The translations under genes were made by a program, and so were the position numbers. A DNA stretch of 64,000 nt from an uncultured bacterium (GTDB lineage: Bacteria > Planctomycetota > JAJSAM01 > JAJVHW01), in assembly GCA_937996235.1 (NCBI GenBank), contig CALKVK010000032.1, positions 242,444 through 306,443 on the forward strand, given 5' to 3'. Each line of letters begins with the position of its first letter. Position 1 is the first letter of the stretch. Under the pieces are notes generated by a model. That model saw only the letters and a program-made list of their open reading frames with translations, ran no database searches and was not told where the DNA came from. Shown here one piece after another: positions 29,532 through 40,982 of this stretch.

Positions 29532-31055
29532 ATGCACAGCGCCACCGGTTCGACCCGTCCGCTCGTCGTGGCAGCCCTCGTCGCGGCCGCCGTGCTGCTC
29601 GCGGCGACCGTTCTCGTGATCGTGGGCGGCGACGCGCCGACGCCGGCGCGCTCCGACGCGACCGACGCGCGCGACGCCGTCGAGGAGGTGCTCGGTGCGG
29701 GCGGCCCGGGTCGCGCCCGCAGGACCGAAGATCCCGACGACGCCGACGACGACCCGTACGCGGAGGACGACGACGGGATCGTCGAGTTCGAGGGCGGCGA
29801 CCGCGAGGCGTGGGGCGAGGAGTTCCGCGTCACGCCCGACTCGCTGCTCGCCGTCTTCGCCGCACGCCACTGGGAGGAGCTGCGCCGCCAGATCGACGTG
29901 CTGCAGCGCGAAGGCGGGACCGTCCCGCAGGAGGTGGTCGACGGACTGCTCGCCCTGCTCGACGGAAGCGACACGCGCCTCGACGCGGTGCTCGCGCTGG
30001 GGCAGATCACGAGCGACGCCGCGGGCCGCGCACTCGCGCAGCGCGCCCTCGGTGCGGCGTATCCGCTCGACGTCCGCACGGCGGCGCTCGACGCGCTCGC
30101 ACACAGCGGCAACCGCGCGGCGTTCGACGAGCTCCGTACGCTGGTCGGCGACGCCGCGACAGACCCGGCGCTGCTCCGCCACGCGTATCCCGCGCTCGCC
30201 GCCATGGGCACCGAGGAGTCCGCGCGCCTGCTCGTCGACGCGCTGCGCGCGAACGCCGGGGGCGACCTCGAGTCGAGCATCGTCAGCGCGCTCGGGAAGG
30301 CGGCGGGTGCGGGCGACGTGCTCGCGCAGTCGCTGCGTGCGGCGCGCGACGCAGGCGACCGCGACCTCGCGGCGCGCATCGTCACGATCGCGCACCTCGG
30401 CTCGGCGCTCGTGTCCGACGACCTGCGCGGCGAGGTGCGGCGACTGATCGAGGACCGCACCGCCGTGGAGTTCGCGGGCGACGCGGACGCACAGCTCGGA
30501 CTCCGCGCCGGCGCCATCGCCGCGGCCGCGGCGATCGGCGGCGACCTGCTCGACCCCGTCCTGCGCATCGCGGAGACGAATCCCGACAACCTGCGCGCGG
30601 TGGCCCTGCACGGACTGCGGCAGGCGCGAGGCGACGACGCGGCCGCCGCCATCCTGCGGCTCGTGGAGCCCGCGGCGAAGGGCGGCTACGAGCGCGAGGT
30701 GCTGGAGGCGCTCGGCGAGACGCGCTCGTGGAAGGCGACGCGCACGCTGGTCGAGCGGCTCGACGCAGACGACGTCAACGTGCGCCACGCCGCGGCGCGC
30801 GGCCTCGTGACCGTGCGCGACCCGGACTCGGTCAAGCCGATCCTCGCGCGCCTCGAGCGCAGCCTCTCGGACTACGTCATGGCGCGCTCCCTCCTCGACG
30901 CGCTCGGCACGATCGGCGCGAACGAGGCGCTCCCGCGTCTCGAGCAGCTCGTGGACGACAAGGCCGTAGCGGACGCGAGTCTCAAGGTCTTCGTGCAGCG
31001 CGCGATCCAGCGCATCCGCACGGGCGACCCGGAGACCAACGTGCTCGCGCGCTGA
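29532..31055 (+). CDS. HEAT/PBS-lyase-repeat protein with N-terminal TM anchor
   Basis: In frame within the 28890..31055 ORF. MHSATGSTRPLVVAALVAAAVLLAATVLVIV anchor, an acidic linker, then many ~30-aa units (RxAAxxALGxxG...). Confidence 0.6.
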   Translation: MHSATGSTRPLVVAALVAAAVLLAATVLVIVGGDAPTPARSDATDARDAVEEVLGAGGPGRARRTEDPDDADDDPYAEDDDGIVEFEGGDREAWGEEFRVTPDSLLAVFAARHWEELRRQIDVLQREGGTVPQEVVDGLLALLDGSDTRLDAVLALGQITSDAAGRALAQRALGAAYPLDVRTAALDALAHSGNRAAFDELRTLVGDAATDPALLRHAYPALAAMGTEESARLLVDALRANAGGDLESSIVSALGKAAGAGDVLAQSLRAARDAGDRDLAARIVTIAHLGSALVSDDLRGEVRRLIEDRTAVEFAGDADAQLGLRAGAIAAAAAIGGDLLDPVLRIAETNPDNLRAVALHGLRQARGDDAAAAILRLVEPAAKGGYEREVLEALGETRSWKATRTLVERLDADDVNVRHAAARGLVTVRDPDSVKPILARLERSLSDYVMARSLLDALGTIGANEALPRLEQLVDDKAVADASLKVFVQRAIQRIRTGDPETNVLAR

Positions 31056-31068
31056 GCGGCGCCCCGGC

Positions 31069-31560
31069 GTGGAACTGCTCGCCGCGCGCGGCGCCCGTGA
31101 CGACACTCCGCGGATCACGGAGGCGCTGCGACCCGAGGACGACGCCGTGCGCGACCGCCCGACCGCGGGCGGCCACCTCGCACGATTCGCACTTCTCGCG
31201 CTCTGGTGCGCCGCGATCTGGTTCCTGTCGGCGCAGTCGGATCCGGCCGACACGGTGGGCTTCCGCGTACCGCTTCCCGACTGGGCGGAGCACGGCATCG
31301 CCTACGCGGTCGGCGGGGTGCTCGCGCTCCGCGCCGCGCGGCCGCTCGTGCCGCGCTTCGGCGTCGCGTGTGCGCTCGCGTTCTGCCTCGCGTGGGGCGC
31401 GCTGGACGAGTGGCACCAGAGCCTCGTGCCCGGGCGGAATTCGGACCGCGCGGACGTCGCGGCCGATCTACTAGGAGCGGGCCTCGGCTGCGCACTGCAC
31501 GAGCTCTTGCGACGTGCGGGACCGCGCCGCTCGGACGCGCGCCGCGCCGGCGCCCGCTGA
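31069..31560 (+). CDS. VanZ-family membrane protein
   Basis: 163 aa with four TM helices. [15 protein letters not shown]... and the WHQS motif are typical of VanZ-like proteins. Confidence 0.55.
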   Translation: MELLAARGARDDTPRITEALRPEDDAVRDRPTAGGHLARFALLALWCAAIWFLSAQSDPADTVGFRVPLPDWAEHGIAYAVGGVLALRAARPLVPRFGVACALAFCLAWGALDEWHQSLVPGRNSDRADVAADLLGAGLGCALHELLRRAGPRRSDARRAGAR

Positions 31561-31655
31561 GCGGCGACGGCCGGCGCGGCGCGCACCGCCGCCGCGGTCC
31601 GCTGACGACGCAGTCCACGGGTGGCCGGAGCGGAGCCCGGCGCGGGAGCGACCGA

Positions 31656-33710
<2,055 letters not shown>

Positions 33711-33718
33711 GGCCGGGC

Positions 33719-34798
33719 GTGCGCCGGATCGACACCGACGAGAGCCGCTTCCGCCGGATCGTGCGCGGGCAGATCCGCAAGAACCTGCGCCGCTACGTGA
33801 GTCAGGGCGAACTGCTCACGCGGCAGGGCGGACGCGTCGTGTCGGTCCCCATGCCCGAGATCCACCTGCCGCGCTTCACGTTCGGCGACCGCGGCGGCTC
33901 CGGCGTCGGCCAGGGCGACGGGCAGCCGGGCGAGGGTGTCGGCGCCGAACCGGGAGAGGAGGCGGGGGAGCACGAGCTCGAGGCCGAGGTCACGATGGAG
34001 GAGCTCGCGCAGATCCTCGGCGAGGAGCTCGAGCTGCCGCGCATCCAGCCGCGCGGGCGGCAGAACGTCGTCACCGACGTGCGCCGCTATCGCGACATCC
34101 GGCGCGTCGGGCCGCACAGCCTGCGGCACTTCAAGCGCACCTTCCGCAACGCGCTCCGCCGGCAGATCGGCGAGGGCACGTACGATCCGCGCCACCCCGT
34201 GATCCTGCCGCGCGCGGAGGACGAGCGCTTCCGCAGCTTCGACGTGACGCCGGTGCCGGAGTCGTCCGCTGCGATCCTCTACATGATGGACGTCTCCGGC
34301 TCCATGGGAGCGGAGCAGAAGGAGATCGTGCGGAACACGGCGTTCTGGCTCGACGCCTGGATCCGCTCGCAGTATCGCAACGTCTCCACGCGCTACGTCG
34401 TGCACGACGCCGCGGCGCGCGAGGTCGACCGCCACAACTTCTTCCACCTGAAGGAGTCCGGCGGGACCAAGATCTCGAGCGCGTACCGCCTCGTGAACGA
34501 CATCATCGATCACGACTACCCGCCCGATCAGTGGAACGTCTACTGCTTCCAGTTCAGCGACGGCGACAACTGGAGCGGCGGCGACACGACGGAGTGTCTG
34601 CGCCTGCTCGACGAGCAGCTGCTGCCGAAGAGCAACCAGTTCGCGTACGGGCAGGTGAAGAGCGCATACGGCTCGGGGCAGTTCAAGCACGACCTCGACC
34701 AGCGCTTCGGCGGCGACGAACGGCTCGTGACGTCCGACATCCAGGACCGCAACGGGATCCTCGACTGCATCCGCGACTTCCTGAGGCGCGGGCGATGA
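33719..34798 (+). CDS. YeaH/YhbH-family (DUF444, vWA-like) protein
   Basis: GTG start 9 nt after the prkA stop. vWA MIDAS-like DVSGSMG. Conserved C-terminus (YCFQFSDGDNWSGGD). Confidence 0.8.
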   Translation: MRRIDTDESRFRRIVRGQIRKNLRRYVSQGELLTRQGGRVVSVPMPEIHLPRFTFGDRGGSGVGQGDGQPGEGVGAEPGEEAGEHELEAEVTMEELAQILGEELELPRIQPRGRQNVVTDVRRYRDIRRVGPHSLRHFKRTFRNALRRQIGEGTYDPRHPVILPRAEDERFRSFDVTPVPESSAAILYMMDVSGSMGAEQKEIVRNTAFWLDAWIRSQYRNVSTRYVVHDAAAREVDRHNFFHLKESGGTKISSAYRLVNDIIDHDYPPDQWNVYCFQFSDGDNWSGGDTTECLRLLDEQLLPKSNQFAYGQVKSAYGSGQFKHDLDQRFGGDERLVTSDIQDRNGILDCIRDFLRRGR

Positions 34799-36309
34799 CG
34801 CTGACGCCGGAGCTGGTCCGCTGCGCGCAGGAGGCCCACGACGCCGCCCTCGCGTTCGGCCTCGACTTCCCCGAGGTCGTGTTCGAACTCGTCGATCCCG
34901 ACGAGATGAACATGATCGCGGCGTACGGCGGCTTCCCCGTGCGCTACCCGCACTGGCGCTTCGGCATGGAGTACCGGCGCCTGCAGAAGAGCTACGAGTA
35001 CGGACTCGGGAAGATCTACGAGCTCGTCATCAACAACGACCCGTGCTACGCGTACCTGATGCGCACGAACACCGTGATGGAGCAGAAGCTCGTCATGGCG
35101 CACGTGTACGGCCACGCCGACTTCTTCCGCAACAACGCGTGGTTCGCGCCGACCGACCGCAAGATGATCGACGTGATGGCGAACCACGGCACGCGCGTAC
35201 GGCGCCACGTGGACCGCCAGGGCGCGGATCGGGTCGAGACCTTCCTCGACGCGTGCCTCTCGCTCGAGAACCTGATCGACCCCCTCGGCATGTACGTGCG
35301 CCGCGGCGACGGCGAGGAGCCGGCTCCGGAGCTCGACGAGGAGCGCCTCGCGGCGGGGCGCGTGCGACGCTTCCCTGTCGCCCACCCGTACATGGAGCCG
35401 TTCATCAACCCCAAGGCGGAGCTCGAGCGCGAGCAGAAGGAGATCGCGGAGCGGCTGCGCGAGCGGCGCCGCGTCCCGCCCGAGCCGACGCGCGACGTCC
35501 TCGCGTTCCTCCTGCGCCACGCGCCGCTCGCGGACTGGCAGGCCGACTGCCTCGACATCGTCCGCGAGGAGGCCTACTACTTCGCGCCGCAGGCGATGAC
35601 GAAGATCGTCAACGAGGGCTGGGCGTCGTTCGTCCACAGCCGCCTGATGACGACGAAGCTCGTCACCGGCGCGGAGATCGTGGACTACGCGGACAAGCAC
35701 GCCGCGACTCTGGCGACGCAGCCGGGCCGCATCAACCCGTACCGACTCGGCTTCGAGCTGCTCCGCGACATCGAGGAGCGCTGGAACTGCGGGCGCCACG
35801 GACGCGCGTGGGAGGAGTGCGGCGACGCGGAGGAGCGACGGCGCTGGGACACGGGCGCCGCCGACGGGCTGCGCAAGGTCTTCGAGGTGCGTCGCGTCCA
35901 CAACGACCAGACCTTCCTCGACGCGTTCCTGACCCCGGACTTCATCGACCGCCAGCGCCTCTACATCTACGGCCGCGATCCTCGGACCGGCGAGACCGTG
36001 ATCCTCGACCGCGACCCGGCGACCGTGAAGCCCAAGCTCCTGCAGCAGTTCACGAACATGGGGCAGCCGGTCATCGAGCTCGTCGACGCCAACCACCGCA
36101 ACCGCGGCGAGCTCTACCTCGTGCACCGCAGCGACGGCACCGACCTGCGCGAGGACTTCGCGCGGCAGACGCTGCGCGCGCTGCACACACTGTGGACGCG
36201 CCCCGTGCACATCGAGGTCGCCATCGAGGGCAAGGCCGTGCTCTGGAGCTTCGACGGCAAGGACGAGGGCACGCGCGATCTCGGCCGCGCCGCGGAGCTG
36301 GTGCACTGA
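34795..36309 (+). CDS. spoVR: SpoVR-family protein (YcgB homolog)
   Basis: 504 aa. ATG overlaps the yeaH-like stop (ATGA). The conserved triad prkA-yeaH-spoVR is known to occur as an operon. Confidence 0.85.
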   Translation: MTLTPELVRCAQEAHDAALAFGLDFPEVVFELVDPDEMNMIAAYGGFPVRYPHWRFGMEYRRLQKSYEYGLGKIYELVINNDPCYAYLMRTNTVMEQKLVMAHVYGHADFFRNNAWFAPTDRKMIDVMANHGTRVRRHVDRQGADRVETFLDACLSLENLIDPLGMYVRRGDGEEPAPELDEERLAAGRVRRFPVAHPYMEPFINPKAELEREQKEIAERLRERRRVPPEPTRDVLAFLLRHAPLADWQADCLDIVREEAYYFAPQAMTKIVNEGWASFVHSRLMTTKLVTGAEIVDYADKHAATLATQPGRINPYRLGFELLRDIEERWNCGRHGRAWEECGDAEERRRWDTGAADGLRKVFEVRRVHNDQTFLDAFLTPDFIDRQRLYIYGRDPRTGETVILDRDPATVKPKLLQQFTNMGQPVIELVDANHRNRGELYLVHRSDGTDLREDFARQTLRALHTLWTRPVHIEVAIEGKAVLWSFDGKDEGTRDLGRAAELVH

Positions 36310-36310
36310 G

Positions 36311-37471
36311 ATGGGCGCGCTGCGGCTGTCCACCGCGGGCGAGTCGCACGGCGCGGCGCTGGTCGCGTTGCTCGAGGGAGTGCCCTCCGGACTCCCGCTC
36401 GACGCCGCGTGGATCGACGCGCGCCTCGCGCTGCGGCAGCGCGGCTACGGGCGCGGCGGGCGCATGCGGATCGAGCAGGACCACGTCGAGATCGTCGCCG
36501 GCGTGCGCGCGGGGCGGACGACCGGTGCGCCGCTCGCCCTCGTCGTGCGCAACCGCGACGCGACTCTGGAGAAGCTGCCTCCGGTGACGCGCCCGCGCCC
36601 CGGGCACGCCGACCTGCCCGGCATGCTCAAGCACGGGATCGACGATGCGCGCGACGTGCTCGAACGCGCCAGCGCGCGCGAGACGGCCGCACGTGTCGCC
36701 GCGGGCGCCGTGGCCGAGCGGCTGCTCGACGAGTTCGGGGTGCAGGTCGTCGGGTTCGTGCGTGAGCTCGGGCCCGTGAGCGCGGGCGACGTTCCGGACG
36801 ACATGGGCGAGCTCCTGCGCCGCCGCGATGCGTCGGACTTCCTGTGCCCCGACCCCGCCGTCGCTGCGGCCATGCGCGGCGAGGTGGACGCCGCGCACGA
36901 CGCCGGCGACACGGTGGGGGGGATCGTCGAGGTCCGCGCGCGCGGGCTCGTCGCGGGTCTCGGCGGCTACGCGTCCGCCGGGGACCGCCTCGACGGTCGG
37001 CTCGCGGCCGCGCTGTGCCGCGTGCAGGCCGTGAAGGGCGTCGAGATCGGACTCGGCTTCGAGGCCGCACGCCGCCGCGGCTCCGCCGTCCACGACGAGA
37101 TCGTCGCCGCGCCGGGCGGCGGCACGCGGCGCACACGCAACAACGCAGGCGGCATCGAAGGCGGGATGACGACCGGTGAGGACGTCGTCGTCCGCGCGGC
37201 GATGAAGCCCATCTCGACGCTGCGCCGCGCGCTGCGCAGCGTGGACGTGCGCACCGGCGAGAGCGTGGAGGCGGCCTGGGAACGCAGCGATACGTGCGCG
37301 GTGCCCGCGCTCGCCGTCATCGCGCAGGCGGTCGTCGCGCTGGAACTCGCGTCCGCGCTGCTCGAGAAGACCGGCGGCGATGCGCTGCCGGAGGTGTGCC
37401 GGAACCTCGACGGCTACCGGCGTGCCGCGTCCGAACTGCTCGCCCGCGTCCGACACCCCGACGAGCCGTGA
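36311..37471 (+). CDS. aroC: Chorismate synthase
   Basis: MGALRLSTAGESHGAALVALLEGVPSGL, RQRGYGRGGRMRIE, and ...NNAGGIEGGMTTGE motifs. Confidence 0.9.
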   Translation: MGALRLSTAGESHGAALVALLEGVPSGLPLDAAWIDARLALRQRGYGRGGRMRIEQDHVEIVAGVRAGRTTGAPLALVVRNRDATLEKLPPVTRPRPGHADLPGMLKHGIDDARDVLERASARETAARVAAGAVAERLLDEFGVQVVGFVRELGPVSAGDVPDDMGELLRRRDASDFLCPDPAVAAAMRGEVDAAHDAGDTVGGIVEVRARGLVAGLGGYASAGDRLDGRLAAALCRVQAVKGVEIGLGFEAARRRGSAVHDEIVAAPGGGTRRTRNNAGGIEGGMTTGEDVVVRAAMKPISTLRRALRSVDVRTGESVEAAWERSDTCAVPALAVIAQAVVALELASALLEKTGGDALPEVCRNLDGYRRAASELLARVRHPDEP

Positions 37472-37547
37472 TCCGCGGCGCCGCGGCCGGTTCGGATTCC
37501 TTCCCGCCGCTCCGGCCGCTGACCACAATGCGCGGCTCGGGCCGTTG

Positions 37548-37619
37548 GCCGGCGTAGCTCAATGGCAGAGCTCCTGTTTTGTAAACAGGAGGTTGGGGGT
37601 TCGAGTCCCCCCGCTGGCT
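37548..37619 (+). tRNA. tRNA-Thr (anticodon UGU)
   Basis: Hand-folded cloverleaf: acceptor GCCGGCG/CGCTGGC (one G-U), D-arm GCTC-AATGGCA-GAGC, anticodon arm CCTGT-TTTGTAA-ACAGG (UGU), T-arm GGGGG-TTCGAGT-CCCCC. CCA is not encoded. Confidence 0.8.
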
Positions 37620-37695
37620 CCGCCGGCTGCGGCCCGCCGCGCCGTTTCCCCTCGCGGGACCGGCGCGTCCGCTCTCTCGACGCACGCGATCCCGT

Positions 37696-37781
37696 GGGTG
37701 GTTGCCCGAGCGGCCAATGGGACCAGACTGTAAATCTGGCGGCTTATGCCTGCGGTGGTTCGAATCCACCACCACCCACCA
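37696..37781 (+). tRNA. tRNA-Tyr (anticodon GUA), type II with long variable arm, CCA encoded
   Basis: Acceptor GGGTGGT/ACCACCC, anticodon arm CCAGA-CTGTAAA-TCTGG, long variable arm, T-arm GGTGG-TTCGAAT-CCACC. The 5' part is very similar to E. coli tRNA-Tyr. Confidence 0.85.
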
Positions 37782-38019
37782 TCGCGCGTAAAGCGTTGAG
37801 ATAGAGCCTGTTACGCAGGTGCGCCTGCTGCGATTGGCCTCGAGATCGGACCCGAAACAGTCTCCCTGTGCGTTGCACTGAGCGGAACGGCATAGCCTCA
37901 AGCGGAACGCCGTAAGCTGACAGATAAGCTGACAGCGTGCAGGCGGCCGGGGGCGATCTGGGGGCGGCTGTCCGCCTGCGACACTGACAAGCGACGTGCC
38001 ACGCGCGCGCTGGCCGCAG

Positions 38020-38105
38020 TCCTCGCTCGCGAGTCGGCGTGCCGCGGCCTCCGTTGCCCCGAACTCGTCGGTGTCGTGGCCTGCTGCGCGCAGCGCGGAG
38101 GGGCG
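38020..38105 (-). pseudogene. Remnant homologous to the 3' end/last repeat of the STAND-repeat gene at 46754..50545
   Basis: 38030-38099 (gcgagtcggcgtgccgcggcctccgttgccccgaactcgtcggtgtcgtggcctgctgcgcgcagcgcgg) aligns with 46748-46817 (gcgagtcagcgtgcctctgcctccagcgccgtgatctcgtcggcgtcgtgacctgctgcgcgcagcgcgg). Confidence 0.55.
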
Positions 38106-38253
38106 CAGACGGGCGAGAGCCTCTTCGCGACATTCGAGTACGAGCTGATCGATCGCTTCGCGCTCGATCGACGCGCCGCGGAGCCCAGGGGCTTCGACGC
38201 CATCGCGGGCTTCTGCAACACGTGTCCGCGAACACCCCAGACTCCCCCTTGGT
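38039..38253 (+). pseudogene. 5' part of an interrupted IS66-family transposase fragment
   Basis: The frame ending ...GLLQHVSANTPDSPL joins, across the IS21 insertion, to LTDHAENAIR... at 40535. This reconstitutes the IS66 motif (DDPRVPLDNNAAERAIR-like). Only the C-terminal ~110 aa of the transposase survive. Confidence 0.5.
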
Positions 38254-38344
38254 GGACACCTACTCTCCCGCACCTGCCTGACGCGGAGAGCGGGAGCCAG
38301 GATCATGTCCCCCGACCGGGCACGGTGTCCGGAGGAAGGGACAG

Positions 38345-39622
38345 GTGCCGATGGCTCGCCGACTCCGCCCGGAGGACGTGGTGACGATGGGAGTCTTGGC
38401 AGACCGAGGGCAGAGCGCGCGGTCGATCGCGCGGCAGTTGGACGTGGACGAGTCGATGGTGCGGTACCCGCTGAGGCGGCGTGCCGAGGGCGCTGCGGAC
38501 GCGCGCCGCGGGCGGCAGGTGCACCGGGCGTCGGTGCATGCGGAGCTGATCGCGCGCTCGTGGCAGGAGCATGAGAGCGGCGCGCGCCCCCCGATCGTCC
38601 ACGAGCTCCACGACCTCTTGGTCGAGGGGCACGGCTACGGCGGGAGCTACCAGTCGGTGCGGCGCTACGTGCGGGCGCAATTCCCGGCTCCGCGGCGGCG
38701 GGCGTACCGGCGCGTGGAGACGGTGCCGGGGGCGCAGGCGCAGAGCGACTGGGGCGAGTACCCGCGGATCCGCATCCGGCGCCGGGAGGTGCCGCGCAGC
38801 CTCTTCGTGATGGTGCTGAGCCACAGCCGCTGGACGGCGGGCGTGTGGTCGCCGCGGAAGGACCTGGTCGCGTGGCTGACGGTGCACAACGAGGCGTTTC
38901 GTCGTCTGGACGGCATCCCGGCGGTGAACCGGATCGACAACGTGAAGACGGCGATCGTGCGCGGGGCGGGGGCGTGGGGTGTGATCCACCCGACGTTTCG
39001 CACGTACGCGCGCACGGTGGGCTTCCACGTGGACGCGTGCGCGCCGCGGGCGGCGAACGCCAAGGGCAAGACCGAGGCGAAGGTGCGCCTGTCGCGGCTC
39101 TTCGGCGAGCTGCGCACGATGGACTTCGAGTGCGACGAGCACCTGCAGCAGGTGACCGACGCGCGTCTGCGGCGCTGGTCGGAGCGGGCGATCTGCCCGG
39201 CGACGGGGCGGAGCGTGGCGGCGAGCTGGGAGGAGGAGAAGCGGCTCCTGCGGCCCTTGCCGCTGCTGCCCGAGCCGTTTGACATCGCGGTCACGCGGCC
39301 GGTGCGCCGCGACTGCACGGTGGCGTTTGAGGGCCGCAGCTACACGGTGCCGTTTGCGCACGTGGGTCGCGAGGTGGAGGTGCGCGGCTGCGCGGGCACG
39401 GTGCAGGTCGTCGCCGGCGGCGTGGTCGTCGTGCAGTACCCGCGCGCGACGGCCGCGCGGATCTTGATCGACACCCGCTGCTGCGAGGGGCAGGCGACCG
39501 ACCGGGTGCTGCCTCCGCTGCCGCTCGGCAGGATGGGCCGGCGGCTCGAGGAGATCCGGCAGCTGCCCGTCGAGGAGCGTCCGCTGGACCTCTACGGCGC
39601 TCTGGCGGAGGTGGCGCGATGA
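38345..39622 (+). CDS. istA: IS21-family transposase IstA
   Basis: 425 aa. N-terminal HTH, DDE catalytic core, typical IstA length. GTG start with an ATG at 38351. Confidence 0.85.
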   Translation: MPMARRLRPEDVVTMGVLADRGQSARSIARQLDVDESMVRYPLRRRAEGAADARRGRQVHRASVHAELIARSWQEHESGARPPIVHELHDLLVEGHGYGGSYQSVRRYVRAQFPAPRRRAYRRVETVPGAQAQSDWGEYPRIRIRRREVPRSLFVMVLSHSRWTAGVWSPRKDLVAWLTVHNEAFRRLDGIPAVNRIDNVKTAIVRGAGAWGVIHPTFRTYARTVGFHVDACAPRAANAKGKTEAKVRLSRLFGELRTMDFECDEHLQQVTDARLRRWSERAICPATGRSVAASWEEEKRLLRPLPLLPEPFDIAVTRPVRRDCTVAFEGRSYTVPFAHVGREVEVRGCAGTVQVVAGGVVVVQYPRATAARILIDTRCCEGQATDRVLPPLPLGRMGRRLEEIRQLPVEERPLDLYGALAEVAR

Positions 39623-40392
39623 GCGCCGCGAAGAAGGGCCGCGTGGACCCGGACGCGACACGTGCGCAGCTCGAGCAGCTGGGGCTCGGCTACGCCTCGG
39701 AATCGCTCTCCTCGCTGCTGCAGGTGGCGGTGAAGGACGAGCTGCCTGCGCACGGCTTCCTCGACCGGCTGCTGGAGGCCGAGATCGGCCAGCGCGAGGA
39801 GCGGCGGGTGAAGACGTCCTTGGGTCTCTCGGGTCTTCCGACCGGGCAGACGCTGGCCGACTTCGACTGGAACTCCCAGCCCGGGATCCAGAAGAGCCAG
39901 GTGGAGACGCTCGCGACGTGCGAGTGGATCCGAGAGCACGCGACGATGCTGATCCAGGGCCCGCCGGGGGTTAGCAAGACGCACCTGGCCGTGGGTCTGG
40001 GCGCCAAGGCGGTCGAGAACGGCTTCAGCGTGCTCTTCGTGCGGCTCGACGACCTGCTGCACCAGCTCAAGCGCGACGCCGACGTGCCGCCGCAGCGGCT
40101 GCGCCGCAAGAAGTACATGAACGTCGCGCTCCTGATCGTCGACGAGGTCGGCTTCCAGCCGATGGACCGCCACGAGGCGAGCCTCTTCTTCCGGATGGTC
40201 AGACACCGCTACGGGCGTGGCTCGATGCTGATCACGACGAACAAGGCGGTGAAGGACTGGGCCGAGATCCTGGCGGGCGAGGAGGTGATGACCGCGGCGC
40301 TGCTCGACCGGCTGCCGCATCGCTGTCACGTCATGAACATCAAGGGCCGCAGCTACCGGCTGCGGGACCTGGAGAGGCTGCTCAAGCAGTGA
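39619..40392 (+). CDS. istB: IS21-family helper ATPase IstB
   Basis: 257 aa. Walker A GPPGVSKTHLA, Walker B LLIVDEVG. Its start overlaps the istA stop (ATGA). Confidence 0.9.
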   Translation: MSAAKKGRVDPDATRAQLEQLGLGYASESLSSLLQVAVKDELPAHGFLDRLLEAEIGQREERRVKTSLGLSGLPTGQTLADFDWNSQPGIQKSQVETLATCEWIREHATMLIQGPPGVSKTHLAVGLGAKAVENGFSVLFVRLDDLLHQLKRDADVPPQRLRRKKYMNVALLIVDEVGFQPMDRHEASLFFRMVRHRYGRGSMLITTNKAVKDWAEILAGEEVMTAALLDRLPHRCHVMNIKGRSYRLRDLERLLKQ

Positions 40393-40534
40393 GTGTGGCC
40401 GCCGAGAAGCGGCTCCGGTCGGCCCTCCGGGCCTCCCTCCACCGCTTCCCGGCGGCCTCGAGGAGTCGGAACGAAGTCGAAGGCCGCAGGTGCGGGGAAG
40501 TAGGTGTACGCCTAGTGCGGGAATCTAGGTGTCC

Positions 40535-40778
40535 CTTGACAGATCACGCCGAGAACGCGATTCGCGCGGCCGCACTCGGCCGCAGGGACCGGCGGTTCGC
40601 GGGCGGCGACGAGGGCGGACGCCGCGCGGCGCTCTTCTACTCGATCATCGCCAGCTGCACGGCCGCCGGCGTCGAACCCTTCGCCTACATCGAAGGCGTG
40701 CTGGCACGCATCCAGCGGACGCCGCAGTCGCAGGTCCGCGAACTCACGCCGCGCCGCTGGCTCGCCGCGCGCGGCTGA
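40535..40778 (+). pseudogene. 3' part of the interrupted IS66-family transposase (C-terminal fragment)
   Basis: LTDHAENAIRAAALGRRDRRFAGGDEGGRRAALFYSIIASCTAAGVEPFAYIEGVLARIQRTPQSQVRELTPRRWL matches the conserved IS66 TnpC C-terminus (NNxAEN..R..ALGRKNWLFAGS..GG..AA..YSLI.T.K.N.V.P..YL..VL..I...P......ELLP..W). Confidence 0.7.
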
Positions 40779-40982
40779 ACCCGGCGATCGGGATCACCTC
40801 AGAGCTCCCGTGGCTCGCGCTGCCCGCGCGGAGGTGTGCTCGGCCGGCCGGATACGGCTCTCACACCGGGTGGAACGAATCACGGTGGGCGGAGCACGAC
40901 GCACCAGTTCGGCGAGTCGCTCCGCTGTTGTGGGTGTCGGTTTCGGTACGAGATCCCGACGGGTTCGCGGGGCGTGCCGTCA

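Larger units (their letters stand above)
38254..40534 (+). mobile_element. IS21-family insertion sequence (istA + istB), apparently intact, nested in an IS66 remnant
   Basis: Imperfect multi-copy terminal repeats: left ggacacctactctcccgcacctg; right caggtgcggggaagtaggtgtacgcc and gtgcgggaatctaggtgtcc. Candidate 4-bp target-site duplication CTTG on both flanks. Length ~2.28 kb. Confidence 0.7.

Noticed and set aside
28785-31474. 837-aa minus-strand ORF (28785..31298), 668-aa plus-strand ORF (29468..31474) and the 5' extension 28890..29531 of the HEAT-protein ORF
   Set aside because: These overlap the GATase and HEAT-repeat genes in other frames. The ATG at 29532 gives a sensible TM-anchor N-terminus, so the upstream extension and the other ORFs were discarded.
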